Positions 28,771-38,135 of a DNA stretch of 64,000 nt are shown one piece after another (positions within the stretch are counted from its first letter, which is position 1; each line of letters starts with the position of its first letter). Below the pieces are notes generated by a model. The model was not told the DNA's origin and made no database searches. It saw nothing but the letters and a program-made list of their open reading frames with translations. The stretch comes from Candidatus Binatia bacterium (lineage in GTDB: Bacteria > Desulfobacterota > Binatia > UBA12015). Both the position numbers and the translations under genes were made by a program. The stretch spans positions 299,212 to 363,211 of the forward strand of contig JAQWRY010000088.1 in the NCBI GenBank assembly GCA_029243485.1. The letters run 5' to 3'.

Positions 28771-30026
28771 AGCCTGTTCGAATTCTCGTCGTCGGCGCGG
28801 GGGATCGCGGTTCGCTGTATGCCCGCTGGGCAATCGGCAACCCCGAGCGTGCGCAGGTCGTCGGCATCGCCGAGCCCGTCGAAGCGCGCAGGCGGAAACT
28901 CGCGGCGGAGCTCGGTGTACCGGAGGAGAACCAGTTCGCGGATTGGCGCGAGGCGGTCGCGCGTGAGCGCTTCGCCGATGCTGCGATCGTCGCCACGCTG
29001 GACGACCAGCACGAGGAGCCGGCCATTGCGCTCGCGGAGCAGGGGTACCACCTCCTGCTCGAGAAGCCGATGGCGCCCACGGAGGCGGAGTGCGAGCGAA
29101 TCGTCGATGCGGTGAAGCGCGCCGGTGTGCTCCTCGCGGTCGGCCACGTGTTGCTCTACACGCCGTACACGCAACGTCTTCGCGCGTTGCTGGACGCCGG
29201 CACCATCGGAGATCTGGTCTCACTCGATCGGCTGGAGCCGGTGGGGTGGTGGCACTACGCGCATAGCTACGTGCGAGGAAACTGGCGCAAGGAAAGCACG
29301 TCGTCCTTCATGTTGTTGACCAAGGGCTGCCACGATCTCGACTGGATTCGGTACGTCATGGGCGAGCGTTGTGAATCGGTCGCGTCCTTCGGGTCGTTGC
29401 GGCACTTCCGGCCGGAGAACAAGCCCGCGGAGGCGGGCGACGCGCATGCGTGTGTAGAGTGCTCCTTCGAGCCCCGTTGCCCGTACTCAGCGCCGCGGTT
29501 GTATCTCACGATGGTGCAGCTGGGTTGGCAGGGATGGCCGGTATCGGTAATCACGGACGATCCGACCGAAGAGACCGTTCAGGCGGCGCTGCGCGACGGG
29601 CGCTACGGTCGTTGCGTCTACGAGTCCGACAACGACGTCGTCGACAACCAGGTCGTGATTCTCCAGTTTGCCGGCGGCAAGACCGCCTCCTTCACCATGA
29701 CGGCGTTCACGGAGTACGGCTTCGATCGCAAAACGCGCCTTTTTGGGACGCGCGGCTCCATCGAGGGCGACGGCGCCACGCTGAAGGTCACCGATTTCGT
29801 GACCGGCCAGACCGAGGAGGTCGAACCGAGCTCGGTCGACGTGACCGAGGTCGGTGGGCACGGGGGAGGGGATCTCGCCCTGATGGACGCGTTCGTGTCG
29901 GCCGTCGCGCAGGGCAGTGGTGCCCCGCTGCTCTCGGGTCCGGACGAGACGCTCGAATCTCACCGGATGGTCTTCGCCGCGGAGCGCGCGCGGCGGGAGC
30001 ATCGGGTCGTTGATCTCTCGCGCTAG
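28767..30026 (+). CDS. Gfo/Idh/MocA-family NAD(P)-dependent oxidoreductase
   Basis: It has an N-terminal Rossmann motif (KPVRILVVGAGDRGSLYA) and the EKP motif (LLLEKPMA). Its start overlaps the upstream stop (ATGA). The 618-aa ORF from 28170 is an out-of-frame upstream extension. Confidence 0.85.
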   Translation: MKPVRILVVGAGDRGSLYARWAIGNPERAQVVGIAEPVEARRRKLAAELGVPEENQFADWREAVARERFADAAIVATLDDQHEEPAIALAEQGYHLLLEKPMAPTEAECERIVDAVKRAGVLLAVGHVLLYTPYTQRLRALLDAGTIGDLVSLDRLEPVGWWHYAHSYVRGNWRKESTSSFMLLTKGCHDLDWIRYVMGERCESVASFGSLRHFRPENKPAEAGDAHACVECSFEPRCPYSAPRLYLTMVQLGWQGWPVSVITDDPTEETVQAALRDGRYGRCVYESDNDVVDNQVVILQFAGGKTASFTMTAFTEYGFDRKTRLFGTRGSIEGDGATLKVTDFVTGQTEEVEPSSVDVTEVGGHGGGDLALMDAFVSAVAQGSGAPLLSGPDETLESHRMVFAAERARREHRVVDLSR

Positions 30027-30061
30027 TGCCCAGGCGTCGGCCCGATGTCGACGGCGGTGCG

Positions 30062-30856
30062 CTAAGACGTTCGCCAGGTCGGCTTGCGCTTCTCGAGAAA
30101 GGCGTCGATGCCCTCGACGGCGTCGTCGCTCATCATGTCGCACGCCATGACGTCGGCGGCGTACTCGTAGGCCGCGTCCGTCGCGAGGCCGATCTGGCGG
30201 TAGAACATCTGTTTGCCGCTGCGCACGGCGGTCGCGGATTTCGAGGAGATCTTCCTCGCCAATTCAACCGTCGCCGCGTCGAGGTCGTCTGCCGCGACGA
30301 CGCGGTTCACCAGGCCGTACGCGAGTGCGGTGGGCGCGTCGATGAACTCCCCGGTGAAGAGCATCTCGAACGCGTGCTTGCGGGCGACGTTTCGCGAGAG
30401 GGCCACCGACGGGGTGGAGCAGAAGAGGCCAACTCCAATGCCGGATGTCGCGAACCGCGCTTCTTCGGTAGCGACGGCGAGGTCGCACGTCGCGACGAGC
30501 TGGCATCCGGCGGCCGTTGCGATGCCCTGAACGCGTGCGATCACGGGTTGGGGGAGGGTGGTCACGGAGAGCATGAGCTTGGCGCAGCGGGCGAAGAGTT
30601 CTTCGTAGTACGACTGCTCGGGCGTCGACCGCATCTGTCGAAGGTCGTGACCGGCGGAGAAGGCGCGCCCGTCCCCAGCGAGAATGACGACACGGACCGC
30701 CGTTTCCTGGCCGGTCTCGGTGAGCTCTGCGAGGAGAGCGTCGATCATCTCGGAGGACAGCGGGTTGAGCTGGCGCGGTCGGTTCAGGGTCAGCGTACGG
30801 ATGCCGTCTTCGTCGTGTCGCAGGACGAGCGGTTCTGGCTGCGCTTCGGTCGTCAT
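30062..30856 (-). CDS. Enoyl-CoA hydratase/isomerase (crotonase family)
   Basis: The ORF is 264 aa with crotonase oxyanion-hole motifs VVILAGDGRAFSAGHDL and the catalytic Glu region ...LAVATEEARF.... Confidence 0.9.
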   Translation of the reverse strand: MTTEAQPEPLVLRHDEDGIRTLTLNRPRQLNPLSSEMIDALLAELTETGQETAVRVVILAGDGRAFSAGHDLRQMRSTPEQSYYEELFARCAKLMLSVTTLPQPVIARVQGIATAAGCQLVATCDLAVATEEARFATSGIGVGLFCSTPSVALSRNVARKHAFEMLFTGEFIDAPTALAYGLVNRVVAADDLDAATVELARKISSKSATAVRSGKQMFYRQIGLATDAAYEYAADVMACDMMSDDAVEGIDAFLEKRKPTWRTS

Positions 30857-30889
30857 GTGCTCGAGTTGATCACAGGTGCGGAGGAGCGG

Positions 30890-31840
30890 CTAGGAATCCG
30901 TTCTCGCTTCGGGCTGGGCCGTCGTCGTCGTGGGGCGCAGGAGGTCCGGCTCGATGTACATCGGCCCGACAATTGGCACGGCCGACCGGATCGCGACTTC
31001 GAGCGCGTCGATCGCGTGGGCGATCTCGGTGGTCGACATCCCCCGTTTGAACTCGACCTTCGCGCCGACCAGGAGTTCCTCCGGCCCGATGTGCTGCGTG
31101 CGCATGTGGATGAGCTGGACGACGTGGGGCGACTCGCTCAGCGTGGTGACGATCTTCTCGCGGTCTTCGCGCCGGGCCCCCTCTCCGATGAGAAGGCTTC
31201 GCATCTCGACGGCGAGCACGATTGCGATGACTCCGAGGAGTAGGCCGATCAGAAGCGTTCCCACCCCATCGTAGAGGGCGTTTCCCGTCACCGCAGCGAG
31301 GCTCACGGCGGCGAGCGCGATGACGAGGCCGATGAGGGCTCCGGCATCCTCCAGCAGGACGACCGGAAGCTCCGGAGAGCGGGACCTGCGGATGAAGTCC
31401 GTCCATGACGCGCGCCCGCGGGTGTGGTTCGCTTCGACGACGGCGGTGCGGAACGACCAGCCTTCGAGGAGGATGCCCCCGCAGAGGATCCCGATTGCCC
31501 AACTCAGGTCTTCGAGCGGATGTGGGTGGCGGATCTTCTCAATCCCCTCGACGACGGAGAACACTGAGCCGAGCGCGAACAGGACGAGCGATACGACGAA
31601 CGCCCAGAAGTAACGCTCACGGCCGTAGCCGAACGGATGCTGCGGCGTCGCATCGCGCTGGGCGAGCTTGTGCCCGAGCATGAGCAGGCCCTGGTTGCCC
31701 GTGTCGGCAAACGAGTGAATCGACTCGGCAAGCATCGACGAAGATCCCGTGAACACGAACCCCACGACCTTGGCGATCGCGATACCCAGGTTTGCGAGAA
31801 AGGCCGCAATGATTGCTTTGGTTCCACCGCCTGCGGACAT
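30890..31840 (-). CDS. Cation diffusion facilitator family transporter (CzcD/FieF-like)
   Basis: It has six TM helices with an HxxxD motif on TM2 (SIHSFADTGNQ), a metal-binding TM5, and a C-terminal cytoplasmic domain. Confidence 0.9.
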   Translation of the reverse strand: MSAGGGTKAIIAAFLANLGIAIAKVVGFVFTGSSSMLAESIHSFADTGNQGLLMLGHKLAQRDATPQHPFGYGRERYFWAFVVSLVLFALGSVFSVVEGIEKIRHPHPLEDLSWAIGILCGGILLEGWSFRTAVVEANHTRGRASWTDFIRRSRSPELPVVLLEDAGALIGLVIALAAVSLAAVTGNALYDGVGTLLIGLLLGVIAIVLAVEMRSLLIGEGARREDREKIVTTLSESPHVVQLIHMRTQHIGPEELLVGAKVEFKRGMSTTEIAHAIDALEVAIRSAVPIVGPMYIEPDLLRPTTTTAQPEARTDS

Positions 31841-31973
31841 CTAGCTCCTCCGACTCATGCTCACCTCGGCCATGGGCGTGGGATAGACGAAGTCTCTCGT
31901 CTAGGCAATTCTGAGAGCACCAATTGTAGCCGGCCGCTTGACCGCCGGCCCTGCGAGCGGGAAACCCATTCGC

Positions 31974-32777
31974 ATGGGACGTCTCGAGAATCAGGTTTGT
32001 GTCATCACCGGAGCGGGAATGGGGATCGGGCGGGGGATCGCGCGGAGCTATGCGCGTGAGGGCGCGCGTGTCCTGGTGGCGGAGTTGGATCCGGACGCGG
32101 GCGAGCGCGTGGCCGCCGAGCTGGCGGAGATCGGCGCCGATGCGCGCTTCGTGCGCACCGACGTGAGCGACAAGGACCAGGTGCACGCGGCGATCGCCGA
32201 TGCGGTGTCCGCCTGGGGGACGGTCCACGTGCTGGTCAACAACGCGTGGGGCGGCAGCAACATCGCGCGGTTGGAGTGGAAGACCGATGAAAACATGATG
32301 CACGGCCTCAAGACGGGATACTTATCCGTCTTCTGGGCGATGCAAGCCGTCTTCCCCCACATGAAGGCGCAGGGCGGCGGCAGCATCATCACGATGTGCT
32401 CACTCAATGGGGTGAACGCGCACATGTATTCCGTGGAGTACAACGCGTCGAAGGAGGCCGCCCGGACGCTCACCCGAACGGCAGCCCGTGAATGGGGCCG
32501 CCATCAGATTCGTTGCAACGTGATCTGTCCGGCCGCGGCCACCGAGGCCTACGTCCGCTTCCGCGACCAGAATCCGGAGACCGCCGAGGTCATGCTCACC
32601 CAGAACCCCATGGGCCGAATGGGCGACCCCGAGACCGACATCGCCGGCGTCGCCCTTTTCCTAGCCTCAGACGACTCGAAGTACCTGACAGGAAACACGC
32701 TCTTCGCCGACGGCGGCGGCCACATCAACGGCGTAAACTGGTCCCCCGACCTCCCGGAGGAGAGGGACGTTGGTTAG
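31974..32777 (+). CDS. SDR-family oxidoreductase
   Basis: It carries ITGAGMGIGRGIA (the TGxxxGxG cofactor-binding motif), NNAW and YNASKEA (YxxxK). Its last codons lie inside a 51-bp palindrome. Confidence 0.85.
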   Translation: MGRLENQVCVITGAGMGIGRGIARSYAREGARVLVAELDPDAGERVAAELAEIGADARFVRTDVSDKDQVHAAIADAVSAWGTVHVLVNNAWGGSNIARLEWKTDENMMHGLKTGYLSVFWAMQAVFPHMKAQGGGSIITMCSLNGVNAHMYSVEYNASKEAARTLTRTAAREWGRHQIRCNVICPAAATEAYVRFRDQNPETAEVMLTQNPMGRMGDPETDIAGVALFLASDDSKYLTGNTLFADGGGHINGVNWSPDLPEERDVG

Positions 32778-32814
32778 TCGTTGTTTAGTCTAAACAACGA
32801 CTAACCAACGTCCC
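32764..32814. terminator. 51-bp perfect palindrome (25-bp arms, single central T) spanning both convergent stop codons
   Basis: GGGACGTTGGTTAGTCGTTGTTTAG-T-CTAAACAACGACTAACCAACGTCCC. The stops of the + gene (TAG 32775-32777) and the - gene (TAG at 32801-32803, reverse) both lie inside the arms. Confidence 0.7.
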
Positions 32815-33661
32815 CCCGGAGTTCGTTCAGGAACGCGCGGACGGAGTCGGTGAAGACGTCGTTGTTGTCGCCGGCGACCATGTGGCCGGCGCCGGAGACG
32901 TCGACGAACTTGGCGTGGGGGACGAGCTCGAGGAAGTGGCGGGCGCCTTCTTCGCTGAGGAGGTCGCTCTGGCGGCCGCGGACGAGAAGGGTGGGGATGT
33001 CGACCGCGCGCGCGGCGTCGTCGATCATGTCGTCGCGGCCTTCGGTCTGGCGGTCGATTCCGACGAAGCCGGGATCCCAATGCCAGCGCCAGCGACCGTC
33101 GTCGCCCTTGCGTAGATTTTTCGCGAGGCCCTCGGAGCTCTTCGGCCGCGGGCGGTTCGGGTTGTAGGCGGCGACCGCGTCGGCGCATTCGTCGAGCGTT
33201 GCGAACCCGTCCGAGTGCGCCTTCATGAACTCGAGGATCCGCTCCACGCCGTCGCGCTCCATCCGGGGGGCGACGTCGACCAGGATGAGGCCGATTGCGA
33301 AGTCGCCCTCGGATTCGCCCTGAGCGAGGAGGGCGGCGAGCCCTCCCAGCGAGGCCCCGACTAGAACAGGAGGCTTGGCGAGTTGGGGGATCAGCTCGAC
33401 GATGTCCGCCGCGTAGTCCTGGAGCTGGTACTGCTGGTCCTTCGCCCAGTCGCTCTCGCCGTGTCCGCGTTGGTCGAGGGCGACGACCTGCCACCCGTCT
33501 TCTGCCAAGGCGCATGCGGTATCGGACCAGGAATGCCGAGTCTGTCCGCCGCCGTGCAGCAGGACGACGGGCGTTCCGTTCGGGTCTCCGTAGACGTCGG
33601 CCTGTAGCGTGAGGCCCTTCGCGCCTTCGAAGGCGATGGGGCGTGGTCGTCCGCGTCGCAT
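32801..33661 (-). CDS. Alpha/beta hydrolase
   Basis: It has the HGGGQTRHSW motif and the nucleophile elbow GASLGG, and is 286 aa. Its C-terminus ...ELRGDVG is encoded by the palindrome. Confidence 0.85.
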   Translation of the reverse strand: MRRGRPRPIAFEGAKGLTLQADVYGDPNGTPVVLLHGGGQTRHSWSDTACALAEDGWQVVALDQRGHGESDWAKDQQYQLQDYAADIVELIPQLAKPPVLVGASLGGLAALLAQGESEGDFAIGLILVDVAPRMERDGVERILEFMKAHSDGFATLDECADAVAAYNPNRPRPKSSEGLAKNLRKGDDGRWRWHWDPGFVGIDRQTEGRDDMIDDAARAVDIPTLLVRGRQSDLLSEEGARHFLELVPHAKFVDVSGAGHMVAGDNNDVFTDSVRAFLNELRGDVG

Positions 33662-33749
33662 ATCTCGTGCACGCTAGTGGTCGGCGATCGTGCTCGCAAA
33701 AGGCGACGGTTGCCCCGGCACGAGGCATCGGCCATGGTTTCGGGCCCAC

Positions 33750-35162
33750 ATGCCAGTCCAATTCCAAGGGCGACGCCTCCTCGCCGGCTTGTTCTTGCTC
33801 GCCTGCGCGTGCACGACGCCGGATCCGGGTCCGCCGGCGCAGCCGAACGTCCTCCTCGTTTCGATCGACACGCTGCGCAGCGATCACCTCGGCGCGTACG
33901 GCTACGACCGCGATACGAGCCCAGTGCTGGACCGGCTCGCCGCGGAGGGCGCGCTATTCGAGTCCGTCGTCGCGTCGTCGTCGTGGACGCTGCCGTCGCA
34001 CACGACGCTCCTCACGGGACTCCCGCCCGAGCTGCACGGCGTGGACACCTCCGAGGAACGTCTCCTGACGGAAGCGACGACGCTCGCCGAGGTGCTGCAC
34101 GAGCGCGGCTACGCGACCGCCGGGTTCGCTTCGGGGCCCTACCTCCGGGCGATGTACGGACACGATCAGGGCTTCGACACGTACGACGAGAGCACCGTCT
34201 GGCCCGAAGACGACATTCACAGAAAGCCGACCTCGCCACAGCTCGAGACGCTTGCCGTAAACTGGCTCGACGCCTGGCACGTGAAGGAGGACGAAAAGCC
34301 CTTCTTCGTGTTCTTGCACATGTGGGATCCGCACTACGACTTCTCCCCGCCGCCGCCCTACGACATCATGTTCGACCCGGAATACGAGGGCACCGTCACC
34401 GGTGACGACTTCGCCGGGACCGACCAGGTGCACAAGGACATGGCCGCGCGGGACCTCGAGCACGTCCTCGCACTCTACGACGGAGAGATCCGCTACACCG
34501 ACGAACACCTGGGCCGGATTCTCGCCGCCCTCGAACGGCTCGGCGTGTACGACGACACCATCGTCGTCGTCACGAGCGACCACGGCGAGGAGTTCTTCGA
34601 GCACGGCAAGAAGGGACACTCGAAGGGCCTCTACGACGAGGTGGTGAAGATCCCGTGGGTCGTTCGCTACCCGCGCCGCATTCCCGCAGGACAGAGGATC
34701 GGGAACCAGGTGCGTTCGATGGACGTCGCACCGACCATCCTCGGACTCGCCGGCATCGAACCGCCGCAGGGCTTCGGCAGCGGTTCCGCGAACCCGTACC
34801 GGGAGCACGATCTGAGTGGCTGGATCACCGGGGCCCGCAAGGTCGCCTCGTTCCCGGATCTCACCGCCTTCAGTCACGAGACGATGTGGGCCCACCGCGT
34901 CTCGGTGCAAACCCCCAAGCAGAAGCTCATCGTGATTCGCACGCCGAAGGGCCGGACGGTCGAGTTCTACGACCTTGCAAACGACCCGGGCGAGAAGCAG
35001 GATCTCACGGCCGGCGGCCCGGTCCAGGGAAAAGGCCGGGCGCTGCTCGGCTCCCTGCGTGCCTGGGACCAGCATTGGAAGGGGCGCGCGCCTCTTTCGG
35101 CCCCGATCGAGCTGGATCCGAAGCACGTCGAGCAGCTCCGGGCGCTCGGCTATGTGGAGTGA
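33750..35162 (+). CDS. Sulfatase-like hydrolase/transferase (alkaline phosphatase superfamily) with a non-canonical active site; probable lipoprotein
   Basis: It has the metal-binding N-terminal block NVLLVSIDTLRSDHLGAYGY and the C-terminal blocks VVVTSDHGEEF and GLYDE. The canonical CxPxR position reads T-L-P-S-H. Signal peptide: LLAGLFLLACAC. Confidence 0.8.
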   Translation: MPVQFQGRRLLAGLFLLACACTTPDPGPPAQPNVLLVSIDTLRSDHLGAYGYDRDTSPVLDRLAAEGALFESVVASSSWTLPSHTTLLTGLPPELHGVDTSEERLLTEATTLAEVLHERGYATAGFASGPYLRAMYGHDQGFDTYDESTVWPEDDIHRKPTSPQLETLAVNWLDAWHVKEDEKPFFVFLHMWDPHYDFSPPPPYDIMFDPEYEGTVTGDDFAGTDQVHKDMAARDLEHVLALYDGEIRYTDEHLGRILAALERLGVYDDTIVVVTSDHGEEFFEHGKKGHSKGLYDEVVKIPWVVRYPRRIPAGQRIGNQVRSMDVAPTILGLAGIEPPQGFGSGSANPYREHDLSGWITGARKVASFPDLTAFSHETMWAHRVSVQTPKQKLIVIRTPKGRTVEFYDLANDPGEKQDLTAGGPVQGKGRALLGSLRAWDQHWKGRAPLSAPIELDPKHVEQLRALGYVE

Positions 35163-35215
35163 CCCCGGAGGGTCTCGTTTTGCAAGCCCGGTGAGGGATC
35201 CTTATCCCAAAGGGC

Positions 35216-36631
35216 ATGGCTAGGAGTCTTCTCGACAAGGTCTGGGATTCGCACACGGTGCGTGAGCTCGATTCAGGGCAGTCCCAGCTGTTCATCGGTC
35301 TGCATCTGATTCACGAGGTCACGAGCCCGCAGGCGTTCGCGATGCTGCGCGAGGCCAAGCTCGGCGTGCCGTTCCCCAAGAGGACGTACGCGACCGTCGA
35401 TCACATCATTCCGACCGACTCGCAGGCACGTCCCCTCGCGGACAGCCAGGCCGAGATCATGATGTCGGAGATCGAGAAGAACTGCAGCGAGTACGACATC
35501 CAGTTCTTCGGACCGGAGTCGGGAAATCAGGGCGTGGTCCACATCATCGGACCGGAGCTCGGACTCACGCAGCCCGGGATGACGATCGCCTGCGGCGACA
35601 GTCACACGAGCACGCACGGTGCGTTTGGCGCGGTCGCGTTCGGAATCGGCACGAGCCAGGTGCGCGACGTGCTCGCGAGTCAGTGCCTCGCGATGCACCG
35701 CCCCAAGGTTCGTCGCATCGAAGTGGACGGTGACCTTGGCCCGGGTGTCTACGCGAAGGACGTGATCCTGCACATCATCGGGACTCTCGGTGTCGATGGC
35801 GGCGTCGGCTACGGCTACGAGTACGCCGGCACCGTGTTCGAGAACATGTCGATGGAAGAGCGGATGACCGTCTGCAACATGTCCATCGAGGGCGGAGCGC
35901 GCTGCGGCTACGTTAATCCGGACGACAAGACGGTCGAGTATCTGCGCGGCCGGAAGTTTGTTCCGGCCGGTGCCGACTTCGACAAGGCTGCCAAGTGGTG
36001 GCTGTCCAACGCATCGGACGAAGACGCTGCCTACGAGGACGTGGTCAGAATCCCGGCGCACGAGATTGCACCGACGATCACCTGGGGCATCAATCCCGGA
36101 CAGGTGGTCGGTGTGGACGGCGCCATCCCGGACCTAGCGTCGTTCGACGGAGACGACCGTCTCGTCGCCGAGGACGCATACGGCTACATGGGCTGGAACA
36201 AGGGCGACAAGATCTCGGGCACGAAGATCGACGTCGCGTTCATCGGTTCCTGCACGAACGGTCGCATCTCCGATTTGCGAGAGGCGGCCCGAGTCGCGAA
36301 GCTCGGGCGTGTGAAGTCGGGCGTGAAGGCGCTCGTCGTTCCCGGTTCGCAGGACGTCGCGCGCCAAGCCGAAGCGGAGGGTCTCCACGAGGTCTTCCGC
36401 GAGGCGGGCTTTGAGTGGCGCCTTCCCGGCTGCTCGATGTGTCTCGCGATGAACCCCGACAAGCTGCAGGGCCGCCAGGTCTGCGCCTCGTCGAGCAATC
36501 GCAATTTCAAGGGTCGACAGGGCAGTCCGTCCGGCCGGACGCTCCTCATGAGCCCGGCGATGGTGGCCGCGGCTGCGCTCGAAGGCGCTGTCACCGACGT
36601 GCGCGACATGATCGGAGAGGGGAACTCATGA
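35216..36631 (+). CDS. leuC: 3-isopropylmalate dehydratase large subunit
   Basis: There is full-length similarity to LeuC over 471 aa, with aconitase-family Fe-S ligand cysteines ([18 protein letters not shown]). Confidence 0.95.
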   Translation: MARSLLDKVWDSHTVRELDSGQSQLFIGLHLIHEVTSPQAFAMLREAKLGVPFPKRTYATVDHIIPTDSQARPLADSQAEIMMSEIEKNCSEYDIQFFGPESGNQGVVHIIGPELGLTQPGMTIACGDSHTSTHGAFGAVAFGIGTSQVRDVLASQCLAMHRPKVRRIEVDGDLGPGVYAKDVILHIIGTLGVDGGVGYGYEYAGTVFENMSMEERMTVCNMSIEGGARCGYVNPDDKTVEYLRGRKFVPAGADFDKAAKWWLSNASDEDAAYEDVVRIPAHEIAPTITWGINPGQVVGVDGAIPDLASFDGDDRLVAEDAYGYMGWNKGDKISGTKIDVAFIGSCTNGRISDLREAARVAKLGRVKSGVKALVVPGSQDVARQAEAEGLHEVFREAGFEWRLPGCSMCLAMNPDKLQGRQVCASSSNRNFKGRQGSPSGRTLLMSPAMVAAAALEGAVTDVRDMIGEGNS

Positions 36632-37254
36632 GCACCGACAAAGGACGCCACATCAAGACGATCGCCGGACGTCCGATCCCCCTTCCCGGAAACGAGATCG
36701 ACACCGACCAGATCATCCCCGCCCGCTACATGACCGCCGTGACGTTCGACGGAATGGGCCAATACGCCTTCCAGGACCTGAGGTTCGATAGCGAAGGCAA
36801 GCCTCTCGATCACCCGATGAACGATCCTCGCTTCCGGGCGAAGGGCCCGCGCGTCGCGATCGTGAACAAGAACTTCGGTTGCGGCTCGTCGCGTGAGCAC
36901 GCGCCGCAGGCGATGTGGCGTTGGGGCGTGCAGGCGATCATCGGCGAATCCTTCGCCGACATCTTCTTCAACAACTGTGTCTCGATGGGCATCCCGTGCG
37001 TGCAGGCGAGCGAGGCCGACGTGCACAAGCTGCTCGCCGTGGTGAACGAAGACCCGGCGCACGACCTCGCGATCGACCTCGAAGCGATGACCGCGACGTA
37101 CAACGGCGTTGGCTACGCGGTGAAGACGCACGATGGTGCGCGGCATCGTCTGCGGACCGGCACCTGGGACGCGACTGGGATTCTCGTCGAAGCTCTCGAC
37201 GACGTCCGCAAGACCGCTGCGAATCTTCCGTACGTTCAGAACTTCGGCGACTGA
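36628..37254 (+). CDS. leuD: 3-isopropylmalate dehydratase small subunit
   Basis: The start overlaps the leuC stop (ATGA). The aconitase C-terminal swivel domain is present ([14 protein letters not shown]). Confidence 0.9.
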   Translation: MSTDKGRHIKTIAGRPIPLPGNEIDTDQIIPARYMTAVTFDGMGQYAFQDLRFDSEGKPLDHPMNDPRFRAKGPRVAIVNKNFGCGSSREHAPQAMWRWGVQAIIGESFADIFFNNCVSMGIPCVQASEADVHKLLAVVNEDPAHDLAIDLEAMTATYNGVGYAVKTHDGARHRLRTGTWDATGILVEALDDVRKTAANLPYVQNFGD

Positions 37255-37299
37255 CGTTCCCGCGCGCACCAGCTCTCGCAGCGTTTGCCCCAACGCGTT

Positions 37300-37945
37300 C
37301 TAACCCGCTGTCGGTATGTCCCGTGTGGAGTCGACTCGGTCCAGGTTGAACTCGTCATAAAGGTCTTCGAGGAATGAGTAGTCCGCCGCGATGTAGCGAA
37401 GCTTGCGCATCGCGAGTACCGCCCCGGCGTTGGGTTCGCCGATTCTCCCGGATAGGAAGCCCACCAACTCAGCTTGCATAGTGCGAGTAGTCTGCGCGAG
37501 ATCGCTTCTCCACGCGCGCAATGCCATCGCGGCCTGAATCGAGGCCACGCCTACGAAAAAAGAGCAGGCGTTTCGAGTTCTATGTCGTGGTAGAGCGATC
37601 CGGCTGGGAGCTTCATGAACCACTTCATGAACGCTGCGAGACCTGAGTTGGTGATCTCGTAGGGCCGACAGCCGGGGCCCCTGGGGTTTGGGGTGCACGC
37701 GCGCCGATCAATCCGTCGCGCTCGAGGTTGCGGAACTCGCGGTCGAAATCGGAGGCAAGGTGTTCCGAGATCGAAGGAGGTGAGTACTCGCGGAGCAGTG
37801 ATTCGCGGGGCCCGGATCTTCCGGAGGTGAGCATGCCCAGGACGCGGAAGCGAAGCAGGGCCCGCGTCTCTTGGGGCGGCGCTGGCCGACGTCGCTGGGG
37901 GTCTCGACTGGCGCTAGGGGGCGGCGAAACGGCGAACGGTCGCAT
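37300..37945 (-). pseudogene. Possible PadR-like regulator remnant (frameshifted) in a lower-GC island
   Basis: Reverse-strand fragments sit in three frames, including a helix-turn-helix-like ISEHLASDFDREFRNLERDGLI. The local base composition looks lower than its surroundings. Confidence 0.3.
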
Positions 37946-38135
37946 TTCCTCATGGGAGGACGCGGTACCTCGATCGCAGAAGAATCGTCAAGAACAGCAA
38001 CGAATGCCTGCCGAGCACGCTCTCTGGCCACCCCTTGGATGCATCCGTGACGCTTGATGGGTGTCTGATAGGTATTGACTTGAAGCCGATCTAGCTGAGC
38101 GTCATCCAGGCCGTAGATGGAGGTGTTGCCTCCTC

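Noticed and set aside
28170-30026. 618-aa ORF spanning the sugar dehydrogenase 3' end and the Gfo/Idh/MocA gene
   Set aside because: The first 200 aa are an out-of-frame read through the upstream gene (Arg/Gly-rich). The Rossmann motif starts at MKPVRILVVGAG (28767), which overlaps the upstream stop.
30026-31243. 405-aa + strand ORF
   Set aside because: It is antisense to the enoyl-CoA hydratase and CDF transporter genes, which have strong family signatures. It has no motifs.
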